From NCBI GenBank assembly GCA_963741095.1, contig CAVUGN010000001.1:64001-128000 (forward strand): DNA of 64,000 nt. The letters run 5' to 3'. Of the stretch, positions 54,411-64,000 are shown piece after piece (position 1 is the stretch's first letter; each line of letters starts with the position of its first letter). The notes beneath the pieces were generated by a model. The model ran no database searches. It saw nothing but the letters and a program-made list of their open reading frames with translations, and was not told where the DNA came from. The translations under genes and the position numbers were made by a program. The DNA is from an uncultured Candidatus Micrarchaeota archaeon (lineage in GTDB: Archaea > Micrarchaeota > Micrarchaeia > Micrarchaeales > Micrarchaeaceae).

Positions 54411-57400
54411 TTAGCTATTAAATAGTGGTTTCCGATAGGTCGGCCAGGTGCTGTGCCGCCTTCTCCTCTTTACGGCCAGGTATATGGCCGACATGATTAT
54501 GATGATGGAGACTGCCGCTATGCCGTATTCGGCGCCGTTGTTGGATGTTGGCTTTTGCGCTATCGTGGTGGGCGTTGTCGTAGCAGGCTGTGTCGGTTCG
54601 AACAGTGCCACGGTGCGATCCACGCCGATGTTGAATGACACCAAGCAGGCGGTAGCGTTGATCGTGCCATTCGTTATCGGCTGCCATGTGCCGTTTACCA
54701 ACAGGTATGGGGATACCTCGCTTGAAGGTATGCTGCAATTGTAGCTGAGCCGCATCATCAGGTTCAGTTCGGACTGCAATTTCGCGACGCCGGTCACGTT
54801 TATCCTCAATGCGAGGAGCTTTGTATAACCAGGAAGGAGCACAGTATCGTTGCGGGTCACATTGGTTATTGTTATGTTGAAGTGCCCTGAGGATGTGGAC
54901 TGTACGATTACATACGCCTGGCCATTGTTGAGGTCGAGCGTGCTGGATCCCGAGCTCGGCACCGATATTGTTGTCGAGACGTTGTTTCCAGACACGTTCA
55001 GCTGGGGCGTAGTCTGCGGCTGCACGGTGGTCGTGGCTGTTGTCGCAACGGTGGTGATCGTAGAGGTGGCAGAGGTGGTTGAAGAGATCGCATTTGTGGA
55101 AGGGGAGCCCGACCCAGCCCCGCCCTGTGATTGCTGTGTGCCAACCTGGATGGTGTTCTGGACCGAACTGAAGATGTATGGAACGTTGGTGCCGGTGTCC
55201 GTGATAACCGCGTTGTACGAATCCGTGCCTGCAGGAGGGACGAATGCCCCGAAAGTGATGGTGCCGGCGAACTGGCCGGTGAGCGTATTGACCACCGCGC
55301 CACTAGATGCGACTAGGTTGGCGACGAACGGTCCAATGCCGCCATTGAGAAGCACGTTGTAGGTGATAGATTGGCCAACAGTCAATTGAGATGCGGACGG
55401 CGTCAGGGAAGTGGCGGTGGGCGTAACCGCGACAGTTATGGTGTTTGATGATGCCGAGAATGAGGATTCCGGAGTGTTAGAAGAATCAGTCACTTCGAGC
55501 GCGAAGTTGTAGGTGTTGCCGCCTGCCAGCGTGCCTGCAGGTATGGTACAAGTCGCGGTGTTGCCCGCGATCTGGCCGCTGCCGGTGTTCGCAGTGCACT
55601 GGGTTGCGCCGGAATATGCACCGCCATTCACGGAAATGTGCCAGGTGTATGAATAGGGCGATGTGCCAGTGGACGGCAAGACGGCGGTTATTGTTTCAGT
55701 CTGGCTGGAGTCGATTGTTGAATACGCTATTCCTGGCTGGGCTGATTGAGTGAGTTGCGGTGACACGGTTATGGTCGACGAAGCAGTGGATGTGGAAATC
55801 TCATTAGCCTGCGAGCTGTCGGATACTCGGAGTTCGAAACTGTAGGTTTTGATTGTGGATAATGTGTTGCCGGGTATGCTGCAGGTGACGATGTTGCTGG
55901 AAGTCTGCCCGGTGCCGCTGTTGGTTGCGCATTGGGTTGTGGCGGAATATGAGACGCCCCCGTTGGTCGAGACGAGCCAATTATAGGTGTATGGCGATAC
56001 TCCGGTTGATGGGATCACGGCAGTGATTGTCTCGGCCTGATCGACGTCGAGCTTCGATGTTGACACCGTGGGCGCGGATGGCGCTGTGAGCGGCGGATAC
56101 ACAGTAACAGTGCCGGATGAAGCGGAGAAGACGCTCTCCTGGGCGGTCGCGGAATCTGTTGTCTCCAGCGCGAAGGTGTAGAAGTCGCCTCCGGACAATG
56201 TGTTGCCTGGTATGGTGCATGTGACCGTGTTGCCGGGGATCTGGCCGCTGTTGCTGTTGACTGTGCATTGCGTTGCGCCGGCGTATACGCCGTTGTTTGT
56301 GGAGACGTGCCACGTGTACGCGTAAGGCGAGGTGCCCGTTGACTGGATGTTGGCGGTCACAGTCTCAATCTGGTCGGAGTCGAGGTTCGCGGCCGAGATT
56401 GATGGAGTGTTGGAATTTGTGAGCGGCGACGCCACGACGACGTTCTGAGTCGTGAATGAGTTCGTCGTGTCGGGAATCGTGTCGCTGTCGGTGACCTGCA
56501 GCTTGAATGAATAGGTGTGCGTGGCGATAAGATTTCCTCCGAAGATGTTGCAAAGCACCGTAACGCCGTTGGCTTCGCCCGTTCCGCTGTTGACGTCGCA
56601 TTGGGCCGTCGGTGCATAAGAGCCGCCGTTGTCCGAGATCAGCCAATTGTAGGTGTACGGTGCGGTGCCCGTTGATGGCATGACGCCGGTTAGGATCTCT
56701 GTTTGGTCCGCGTCGAGGCTTGATGCGGAAACTGCAGGCGAGTTTGCCACAGCCGGGGATACCACGTTTATCGTGTTGTTTGAAGCGGAAAATGCGCTCT
56801 CCTGCGCGGTCGCGGAATCCGTTATCTCAAACGCGAAGTTGTAGAAGTTGCCACCGGCGAGAGTATTGCGCGGAATGGTGCAGGTGACTGTGTTGCCCGC
56901 AATCTGGCCGGTGCCGCTGTTGACCGTGCACTGCGTTGCGCCGGCGTATACACCGTTGTTTGTGGAGACGTGCCACGTGTATGAATAGGGCGCTGTTCCA
57001 GTGGAGGGGATTATCTCGTTTATCGTCTCTATCTCGTATTGGTCGAGGTTGTTGGCGGAGATTGTCGGAGCCATGGGCAGGGTAAGTTCTGATGACACGG
57101 CAACATTGGAGGATGTAGATGATGTAGCAGTATCAGGAGTCTGGGCGCTGTCCGATATCTGAAGTTCAAAGCGGTAGGTGTTGCCAATGGTGAACGTGCT
57201 TTCTGGGACAGTGCAGGTGACCGTGTTGCCTGGTGACAGGCCGCTGCCCGTGTTAGAAGTGCACTGCGTAGCCGCGGAATAAGCCCCGTTGTTGACGGAT
57301 ATCAACCAGACGTACGAGTAAGGTAAAATGCCAGTAGACGGCACGACGCTGGTCACTGTTTCGGCCTGGTCGTTATCCAGTTTTGAAGCGGAGATTGCGG

Positions 57401-60400
57401 GCGTGGATGGCGCGGTGAGCTGCGAATAAACGGATATTGTGTTCGACGCCGCGGAGAAGGCGCTCCCCTGGGCGGTTGCGGAATCCGTGACTTCCAGTTC
57501 GAAGTTGTAGGTGTTGCCTGCCGAGAGCGTGCCGCCGGGTACGGTGCAGGTGACTGTGTTGCCGGCGATCTGGCCGCTGCCGGTGTTCGCAGTGCACTGG
57601 GTTGCGCCGGAATATGCACCGCCATTCACGGAGAGGTGCCATGTGTAAGAATAGGGCGAGGTGCCGGTCGATGGTATCGTGCCGGTTATCGTCTCCACCT
57701 GGTCGGAGTCGAGGCTTGCTGCGGAGGTTGAGGGTGTTGTTGGAGGCGTGAGCTGGGATGATACCGCTATGGTTGAAGAGCCCGGGGAGTTCGTGGTCTC
57801 GGAAGTCGCTGCTCCATCGGACACCTGAAGTTTGAAGGTGTACGTGTCGCCCATAGTGAACGTGTTGGCGGGAACTGCGCATGCAACAGTGTTGCCAGCG
57901 ATCTGGCCGATGCCACTTGTGGACGCACACGATGTTGTAGCGGAATAAGCGCCGCCGTTGACGGATTCGTACCAGTTGTAGGAGTACGTGGATGTGCCGG
58001 TTGATGGGATCACCCCGGTTATCGTCTCCGCCTGATCGACGTCGAGCTTCGATGCGGACACTACAGGTGTTGCGGCCGGCGTGAGCTGGGATGCTACAGC
58101 CACAGTGGGCGAGGCCGAAGATGTAACAATCTCGGGGGTTGATGCGCTATCAGAAACCTTCAGCTCGAATAGGTAGTTTTGGCCTGAAGCGAGTATGCCG
58201 CCGACTATGCTGCACGTGACTGTGTTGCCCGATGCCTGGCCGGTGCCGCTGTTGGTTGCGCATTGGGTTGTGGCGGAATACGAAGATCCACCGTTTGTCG
58301 AGTAGAGCCAGTTGTAGGTGTATGGTGTGTTGCCCGTTGAAGGCATCATGCCGGTTACTGCCTCTGCCTGGTCTGCGTCGATCTTCGAAGCGGAGATGGT
58401 CGGTGCAGATGGGGCGTTGAGCTGGGATGAGACGACCACGTTGCTCGTTGCTGGTGATAACGCGGATTCTTGCAGGGTCGCGGAATCCAACGAGTGCAAT
58501 ATGAAGCTGTAGGCGTTCCCGGCCGCGAGAGTGTTGCCAGGTATTACGCAGGTCACGGTGTTGCCCGCCAGCTGGTTGGCACCGATGTTCACAGTGCACA
58601 GCGACGTGTGTATGTACGGGCCGCCATCCGTGGAGATGTGCCAGTGGTAATAATACAGCGGCGTCCCTGTCGACGGTATTACGCCCGTCACCGTTTCTGT
58701 CTGGTCCACATCAAGGCTGCCTGCGGATATTATCGGCGTCAGGGCAGGAGTGAGCTGTGATGATACGGTCAATGTTGAGGACGCGGATGAAGTTGCAGTC
58801 AAGGAATCGGCATCGGTCACCTGCAGCTCGAAATTGTACAGATTGTTTGCCACGAGCGCATTTGAAGCAATGTCGCAGGTGACCATGTTGCCCGCGGTCT
58901 GGTTGGAGCCGGTCGGCGCAGCGCATTGGGTAGCACTCAAATAGCCGCCGCCGTTTGTGGAGATGAGCCAACTATAAGTGTACGGTGAAGTGCCGGTGGA
59001 GGGCATTACGCCGGTCACCGACTCGGCTTCGTCAACGTCGAGATATGGAGCGGATAGTGTGGGTGCCGAAGGGGGCGTCAATGAGGGGTAGACTGTTATC
59101 GTGTTGGATGCCGCGGAGAAGGCGCTCTCCTGGGCGGTCGCGGAATCCGTGACTTCTATTTCGAAATTGTATATGTTGCCTGCCGAAAGGGTGCCGCCTG
59201 GTATGGTGCATGTGACCGTGTTGCCGGGGATCTGGCCGCTGTTGCTGTTGACTGTGCATTGCGTTGCGCCGGCGTATACGCCGTTGTTTGTGGAGACGTG
59301 CCACGTGTACGCGTAAGGCGAGGTGCCTGTTGACGGCATGTTCGCGGTTATGGTTTCGGTTTGGCCTGCATCGAGATTCGCTATGGATATCGATGGTTTT
59401 GCCGGGGATGTCAGTTGCGATGAAACGACTACGTTTGAAGTCGGCTGCGAAGTCGTCGTGTCTGGAATGGTGTCGCTGTCGGTGACCTGCAGCTTGAATG
59501 AATAGGTGTGCGTGGCGATAAGATTTCCTCCGAAGATGTTGCAAAGCACCGTAACGCCGTTGGCTTCGCCCGTTCCGCTGTTGACGTCGCATTGGGCCGT
59601 CGGTGCATAAGAGCCGCCGTTGTCCGAGATCAGCCAATTGTAGGTGTACGGTGCGGTGCCCGTTGATGGCATGACGCCGGTTACAATCTCGTTTTGGTTT
59701 GCATCAAGGCTTGTAGCAGAAACTGCGGGAGCATTCGCCACTGCCGGAGATACGACGTTTATCGTGTTAGAAGAAGGAGAGAACGAGCTCTCCTGCGCGG
59801 TCGCGGAATCGGTTATCTCCAGCGCGAAGTTGTAGAAGTTGCCTCCTGAAAGAGTGTTGCTGGGTATGGTGCATGTGACTGTGTTGCCCGCTAGCTGGTT
59901 GGAGCCTATGTTCGCGGTGCATTGCGTTGCGCCGGAATATGCGCCGCCATTAGTTGAGATGTGCCAGGTGTAGAAGTAAAGCGCCGTTCCCGTAGACGGG
60001 ATTATCCCGTTTATCGTTTCCGTCCCGTATTGGTCGAGATTGTTGGCGGATATTGTGGGCGCGGCTGGGGTGGTGAGCTTGGATGCGACGGATATTGTTG
60101 GCGATGCCGAGGATGTCGCAGACTCCGATGCTATGGCACCGTCAGTCACCTTCAATTCGAATAGGTAATTTGTGCTCGCTATCAGGGTGTTGGGCGATAT
60201 GCTGCACGTGACTGTGTTGCCCGCAATCTGGCCGGTGCCGCTGTTGGTTGCGCATTGGGTTGTGGCGGAATACGAGGATCCGCCGTTTGTCGAGTAGAGC
60301 CAGTTGTAGGTGAATGGCGAGGTCCCGGTAGATGGGATGGTATCCGTTATCGTTTCTGCCTGGTCATAATCAAGTTTGGGATTGGATACTGCTGGCGCAG

Positions 60401-63311
60401 AAGGAGCGGCAAGTTGCGAAGAGACGACCACGTTGCTCGATGCCGCGGAGACGGTATCTTCAGACACGGTCGCAGAATCGACGATCTCTAGCTTGAAGCC
60501 ATAGGTGTTGCCTGCTGCAAGCGTGTTTCCCAGTATCGTGCAGGTGACCGTGTTACCTGCAATCTGGTTGGAGCCTATGTTCGCGGTGCACTGGGTGGTG
60601 TGCATGAATGCGCCGCCATTCGTTGAGACCTGCCAAGCATAAGCGTAAAGGGATGTGCCTGTTGAGGGGATTATGCCATTGATCGTTTCCACCTGGTTCG
60701 CGTCAATCTTTGCGGCAGATATCGTAGGAGCCGCAGCGGCGGTGAGCTGGGATGAAACTGATACGGTAGGAGATGCTGATGATGTGACCGCTGCCGGAAC
60801 CGATGCACCGTCAGTCACCTTCAATTCGAATAGGTAATTTGTGCTCGCTATCAGGGTGTTGGGCGATATGCTGCACGTGACTGTGTTGCCCGCAATCTGG
60901 CCGGTGCCGCTGTTGGTTGCGCATTGGGTTGTGGCGGAATACGAGGATCCGCCGTTTGTCGAGTAGAGCCAGTTGTAGGTGAATGGCGAGGTCCCGGTAG
61001 ATGGGATCGTGCCGGTTATCGTCTCGGCCTGGTCAAAATCCAATTTCGGCGCGGATACTGTTGGTGCGGCAACTGCAAGCTGCGGTGAAACGGATATGGT
61101 GGGCGATGTTGATGAGGTCGCCGTCGACGGGTTTATGGAATTGTCGGTTATCTTCAATTCGAAGTTGTACGTGCTGCCCGCGGTTAGGGTGCTTCCCGGA
61201 ATTATGCATGAAACGGTGCTGCCGGAGGTCTGGCCGCTGCCGCTGTTTGCGCCGCACTGGGTCGCAGCGGCGTAAGCTCCCCCGTTTACGGATACGAGCC
61301 AGTTGTAAGTGTACGGTCCGGTGCCGGTCGATGGAATTATGCCGTTCACGGTTTCTGCCTGGTTCGCATCGAGCTTTGCGGCGGATATGGTAGGCGCGGA
61401 TACGGTCAATGCGGGATTCACCGTGACAGTATCCCCTGGCGAGCAGAGCGTGTTTGGTGTTGAAGCCGAATCGGTTATCTTCACGGAATAGATGGTGTTT
61501 GAGACTGGTGAAGGCGAGTAGGTCTGTAGAGTGTTGCCTGCCAGTATCGTATTGCACGAACTCCCAGTGTACCACTGGTAGGTGTAGGGTGTGGTGCCCC
61601 CAGACGGGTTGGCGGTCAGCGTTATCGACTGGCCGTTGTCTATCGAAGGCGCACTGGGGGTTATGGCGCCGGTTGAAAGCGCGGGGTTTATCGTTATGGT
61701 GTTTGTCGGCGCAGGACTAGGGCTCAGGTCATTGCCCGTATCGCCCGCGAAGGCGTTGAACGTCCAAGTGCCGTATATCGTATTTGTTCCGATAGCGTTG
61801 GCGTAATAGACAACGCTGTTGAACGTCAGCTTCAGGCTGTTCGATGAAACCGCATTGATTGTTAGCGTGAGAGCGTTGTTCGCTACGGGCAGCAGAGCGA
61901 TTATGGTGTTGCCGGCCACGATGTTCGAGGATGATGGAGCGAATCGAAGCCAGTTGCCGGTGTATGAAGCTGCACCGGCACCGCCGTTGGAAATTACGGT
62001 GTTTGCCACCGAAAGCTGGCCCACGTCGATCGTCTTGTTGGTGACAGTGTAGGGATTAGGCGTTGCCGTAAGCAGCGATTGCACGGTGTTGAAGGTTATG
62101 GTGGGCTGAACGCCGTTGGGCGGATATGTCCGCATCCGGAACCATTGGACATTTATCGGATTTGACACGGTGTTCGCGCCGTTGTAGTAGGTCGCGCTTA
62201 TGCCGACATAGCCGGTGGTTACGCCTTGCTTGTTGCCGGTGGTGTAGGTCGTGGATACAAGGCTAGTGAGGGTGGTGCCCCCAGTGCCGTAACCGGAATA
62301 GAGATTTCCTGACCAGTGCCCTGCTGCGTCGGTTATCGACATGGTGTAGGGTGTGGACACAACGCCGTGATATGCGTTGTTCACGACCCACGCGACCTGG
62401 TCGTTGAGGAACGACAGGAATCCGTAGCTGTTGCTGTTCTGCTGGCCGAGGAACCTGTAGCCGAAAATATCCCCGCCTGAAGGCGTCGCCACGGCGACGA
62501 TTCCGGCCCTGGCGATGGCTTGGGTGGTATAAGTGAATGGCATCTCGAGCACATAAGAGCCCGATGCCGCATAGCTTGCGCTTTCTATGAGCGCGGCGGT
62601 GCCGCCGTTGAGCGTGTTGGTACCCGCACTAATTTGCTGCAGGTAGCCGTTTGATGTTATCCAGTTACCGTCGAGGAATGTGAATTGCCCCCATTTTGTA
62701 GACCCGCCTCCGCCATACTGGGTGAACACGTTTGCGCCGTTATCGAAGGTCCCATAGCTGGTGCTGATCAACGGAGATTCTCCGATGGTGTTGCCGTCCA
62801 TCAGCGTGTTTGCGGAGGTTACGACATTGCCTGCCCATCCAAAGTATATGGTGTTTGAAGCCGACGCGGGAAACATTATGTTGCTTGGGTAGATGCGAAT
62901 CCAGAACAGGACGTTGGCGCTTTGATAAAGGATGTTTGCATTGCCGTTCTCATTGAGCGTGTTGCCTTCGAGCCACGATGGTATCCGTGTGCCGTTAGCG
63001 TAGAAGAATTCTGTGTTGTTCAGGCTGTGGGTCTCGTAGACCTGGTACTTGAGCGCGTTGTAGGATACCGGGATCTGGGCGTTTGGCGGCAATGCCGAGG
63101 TTTGGACGTTATTGATCTTTATTGCCGAAAAATAGATGACGTTTGCAGGAAGCGTCACCGCGTTTGCAAGAGGTATTAGCAGCATCATTAAGGATATCGT
63201 GAGCAGCAGGAATCGGGTGCTCTTTGAGCGGATGCCATGCGCTATCATTGCTATCATGTTGATGCGCTCACCCGTTTCGCCCACAGCACCCCGTTTTGTA
63301 TGCTCAAACAA
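54411..63311 (-). CDS. Giant (2966 aa) cell-surface protein with 18 Cys-paired ~111-aa Ig-like repeats and a C-terminal TM anchor
   Basis: Signal peptide; DUF2341-like N-terminal domain (IPSWLE..FWI); repeat PSTGT.PY.Y.W..S.NGG.Y..TQC...GNTVTC; TM helix followed by KRRRR. Confidence 0.88.
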   Translation of the reverse strand: MFEHTKRGAVGETGERINMIAMIAHGIRSKSTRFLLLTISLMMLLIPLANAVTLPANVIYFSAIKINNVQTSALPPNAQIPVSYNALKYQVYETHSLNNTEFFYANGTRIPSWLEGNTLNENGNANILYQSANVLFWIRIYPSNIMFPASASNTIYFGWAGNVVTSANTLMDGNTIGESPLISTSYGTFDNGANVFTQYGGGGSTKWGQFTFLDGNWITSNGYLQQISAGTNTLNGGTAALIESASYAASGSYVLEMPFTYTTQAIARAGIVAVATPSGGDIFGYRFLGQQNSNSYGFLSFLNDQVAWVVNNAYHGVVSTPYTMSITDAAGHWSGNLYSGYGTGGTTLTSLVSTTYTTGNKQGVTTGYVGISATYYNGANTVSNPINVQWFRMRTYPPNGVQPTITFNTVQSLLTATPNPYTVTNKTIDVGQLSVANTVISNGGAGAASYTGNWLRFAPSSSNIVAGNTIIALLPVANNALTLTINAVSSNSLKLTFNSVVYYANAIGTNTIYGTWTFNAFAGDTGNDLSPSPAPTNTITINPALSTGAITPSAPSIDNGQSITLTANPSGGTTPYTYQWYTGSSCNTILAGNTLQTYSPSPVSNTIYSVKITDSASTPNTLCSPGDTVTVNPALTVSAPTISAAKLDANQAETVNGIIPSTGTGPYTYNWLVSVNGGAYAAATQCGANSGSGQTSGSTVSCIIPGSTLTAGSTYNFELKITDNSINPSTATSSTSPTISVSPQLAVAAPTVSAPKLDFDQAETITGTIPSTGTSPFTYNWLYSTNGGSSYSATTQCATNSGTGQIAGNTVTCSISPNTLIASTNYLFELKVTDGASVPAAVTSSASPTVSVSSQLTAAAAPTISAAKIDANQVETINGIIPSTGTSLYAYAWQVSTNGGAFMHTTQCTANIGSNQIAGNTVTCTILGNTLAAGNTYGFKLEIVDSATVSEDTVSAASSNVVVSSQLAAPSAPAVSNPKLDYDQAETITDTIPSTGTSPFTYNWLYSTNGGSSYSATTQCATNSGTGQIAGNTVTCSISPNTLIASTNYLFELKVTDGAIASESATSSASPTISVASKLTTPAAPTISANNLDQYGTETINGIIPSTGTALYFYTWHISTNGGAYSGATQCTANIGSNQLAGNTVTCTIPSNTLSGGNFYNFALEITDSATAQESSFSPSSNTINVVSPAVANAPAVSATSLDANQNEIVTGVMPSTGTAPYTYNWLISDNGGSYAPTAQCDVNSGTGEANGVTVLCNIFGGNLIATHTYSFKLQVTDSDTIPDTTTSQPTSNVVVSSQLTSPAKPSISIANLDAGQTETITANMPSTGTSPYAYTWHVSTNNGVYAGATQCTVNSNSGQIPGNTVTCTIPGGTLSAGNIYNFEIEVTDSATAQESAFSAASNTITVYPSLTPPSAPTLSAPYLDVDEAESVTGVMPSTGTSPYTYSWLISTNGGGYLSATQCAAPTGSNQTAGNMVTCDIASNALVANNLYNFELQVTDADSLTATSSASSTLTVSSQLTPALTPIISAGSLDVDQTETVTGVIPSTGTPLYYYHWHISTDGGPYIHTSLCTVNIGANQLAGNTVTCVIPGNTLAAGNAYSFILHSLDSATLQESALSPATSNVVVSSQLNAPSAPTISASKIDADQAEAVTGMMPSTGNTPYTYNWLYSTNGGSSYSATTQCATNSGTGQASGNTVTCSIVGGILASGQNYLFELKVSDSASTPEIVTSSASPTVAVASQLTPAATPVVSASKLDVDQAETITGVIPSTGTSTYSYNWYESVNGGAYSATTSCASTSGIGQIAGNTVACAVPANTFTMGDTYTFKLQVSDGAATSETTNSPGSSTIAVSSQLTPPTTPSTSAASLDSDQVETITGTIPSTGTSPYSYTWHLSVNGGAYSGATQCTANTGSGQIAGNTVTCTVPGGTLSAGNTYNFELEVTDSATAQGSAFSAASNTISVYSQLTAPSTPAISASKLDNDQAETVTSVVPSTGILPYSYVWLISVNNGAYSAATQCTSNTGSGLSPGNTVTCTVPESTFTIGNTYRFELQISDSAQTPDTATSSTSSNVAVSSELTLPMAPTISANNLDQYEIETINEIIPSTGTAPYSYTWHVSTNNGVYAGATQCTVNSGTGQIAGNTVTCTIPRNTLAGGNFYNFAFEITDSATAQESAFSASNNTINVVSPAVANSPAVSASSLDADQTEILTGVMPSTGTAPYTYNWLISDNGGSYAPTAQCDVNSGTGEANGVTVLCNIFGGNLIATHTYSFKLQVTDSDTIPDTTNSFTTQNVVVASPLTNSNTPSISAANLDSDQIETVTANIQSTGTSPYAYTWHVSTNNGVYAGATQCTVNSNSGQIPGNTVTCTIPGNTLSGGDFYTFALETTDSATAQESVFSASSGTVTVYPPLTAPSAPTVSTSKLDVDQAETITAVIPSTGVSPYTYNWLVSTNGGVSYSATTQCATNSGTGQTSSNIVTCSIPGNTLSTIKTYSFELRVSDSSQANEISTSTASSTITVSPQLTQSAQPGIAYSTIDSSQTETITAVLPSTGTSPYSYTWHISVNGGAYSGATQCTANTGSGQIAGNTATCTIPAGTLAGGNTYNFALEVTDSSNTPESSFSASSNTITVAVTPTATSLTPSASQLTVGQSITYNVLLNGGIGPFVANLVASSGAVVNTLTGQFAGTITFGAFVPPAGTDSYNAVITDTGTNVPYIFSSVQNTIQVGTQQSQGGAGSGSPSTNAISSTTSATSTITTVATTATTTVQPQTTPQLNVSGNNVSTTISVPSSGSSTLDLNNGQAYVIVQSTSSGHFNITITNVTRNDTVLLPGYTKLLALRINVTGVAKLQSELNLMMRLSYNCSIPSSEVSPYLLVNGTWQPITNGTINATACLVSFNIGVDRTVALFEPTQPATTTPTTIAQKPTSNNGAEYGIAAVSIIIIMSAIYLAVKRRRRHSTWPTYRKPLFNS

Positions 63312-63347
63312 TATTTTTATATCTGCCGTTTGAGCTTTGATTGTCCG

Positions 63348-64000
63348 TTATTTTGATGTGAATATGAATGTCAATTTTTTCTCGTCGTCAAGTACGCAGT
63401 AACCGAACCTCTCAAACTGAACGATCTCATGGGCCTTCAGCTTCGATGCGTAGCTCTCGACGTAACCTTCCACCGTCTTGAGGCTGTCCTTTCTGACGGT
63501 TTCGTCGTCATTCAACAGCTCTTCCGGGATGAGGACTGAGCATTTGACATAATTGCCATCAGAAACCCATTGCATTATCTTGCCCTCTTGGGTTGAAGCG
63601 GCTTCTGCGGATACGTCGTTACCAGTCTCCGAGATTATCCTTAGACCGACAAGATCTTTGAGCCGTACGAGCTCGCCTTTCTTCAGTGTGGATGCGTCCT
63701 CGCGGTCTATGTAGAAGATGTTGTTGGTGTGATATTCCCTGAATCCCACATCGTTAGATGGGTGCAGGCGCAGCTTCGCTTCGGTCTTTGGCGCGTCCTT
63801 GACCGTCACCTTGACTGGATCCCTGACGAAGAAGAGGTGCTTTGCTATCGGATCTATAAGCTTCTTGTTCTCCGCAAGCAGCATGTCCATGCTCACAAGG
63901 CTGTCTGTCTTGCTCATCCCGAACCTGAGCACGAAATTTCGGATGGCTTCGGGTTGTATGCCCCTCCGCTTGAGCGCAACTATCGTCGTCAATCTCGGGT
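63348..64000 (-). CDS. gltX: Glutamate--tRNA ligase, C-terminal part (partial)
   Basis: RRGIQPEAIR, FFVRDP, QWV, IVQFERFGY. Confidence 0.92.
   Translation of the reverse strand, partial: PRLTTIVALKRRGIQPEAIRNFVLRFGMSKTDSLVSMDMLLAENKKLIDPIAKHLFFVRDPVKVTVKDAPKTEAKLRLHPSNDVGFREYHTNNIFYIDREDASTLKKGELVRLKDLVGLRIISETGNDVSAEAASTQEGKIMQWVSDGNYVKCSVLIPEELLNDDETVRKDSLKTVEGYVESYASKLKAHEIVQFERFGYCVLDDEKKLTFIFTSK

Noticed and set aside
54411-63311. Diversity-generating retroelement (TR/VR pair) in the giant gene
   Set aside because: The repeated blocks are identical rather than differing at adenines, and there is no reverse transcriptase in the window.

Overview
Archaeal chromosomal window, most likely DPANN (Micrarchaeota-like). 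This is inferred from the divergent, intron-containing, unlinked 16S rRNA, the multi-intron tRNA-Ser and the gene repertoire. Core content: alaS, pelota, ilvE, eno, gpmA, pth2, priS, a truncated spc-type ribosomal cluster (rnp1 to rps5), csl4, rpoL, tRNA-Ser/rps13/rps4/rps11, tRNA-Lys, lipA/lplA/lplB, fibrillarin and a partial gltX. Accessory content: (i) an island at about 8.45-12.2 kb around an AT-rich 478-aa double Lrp/AsnC regulator, flanked by duplicated promoter + micro-ORF cassettes (5-9 aa peptides), a fold-back small-ORF operon and a wHTH/nucleotidyltransferase pair; (ii) a 507-nt BHB intron with a degenerate LAGLIDADG ORF in the 16S gene; (iii) a kinase-CarS-CDP-alcohol phosphatidyltransferase operon (candidate host-lipid salvage) beside a duplicated tRNA 3' end; (iv) a PAS histidine kinase and a REC-degenerate GGDEF regulator with a pilin-like gene; (v) a 2966-aa surface protein with 18 Cys-paired repeats. 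All calls come from reading the sequence and motifs by eye; no searches were run. A few frameshifts may be sequencing errors.
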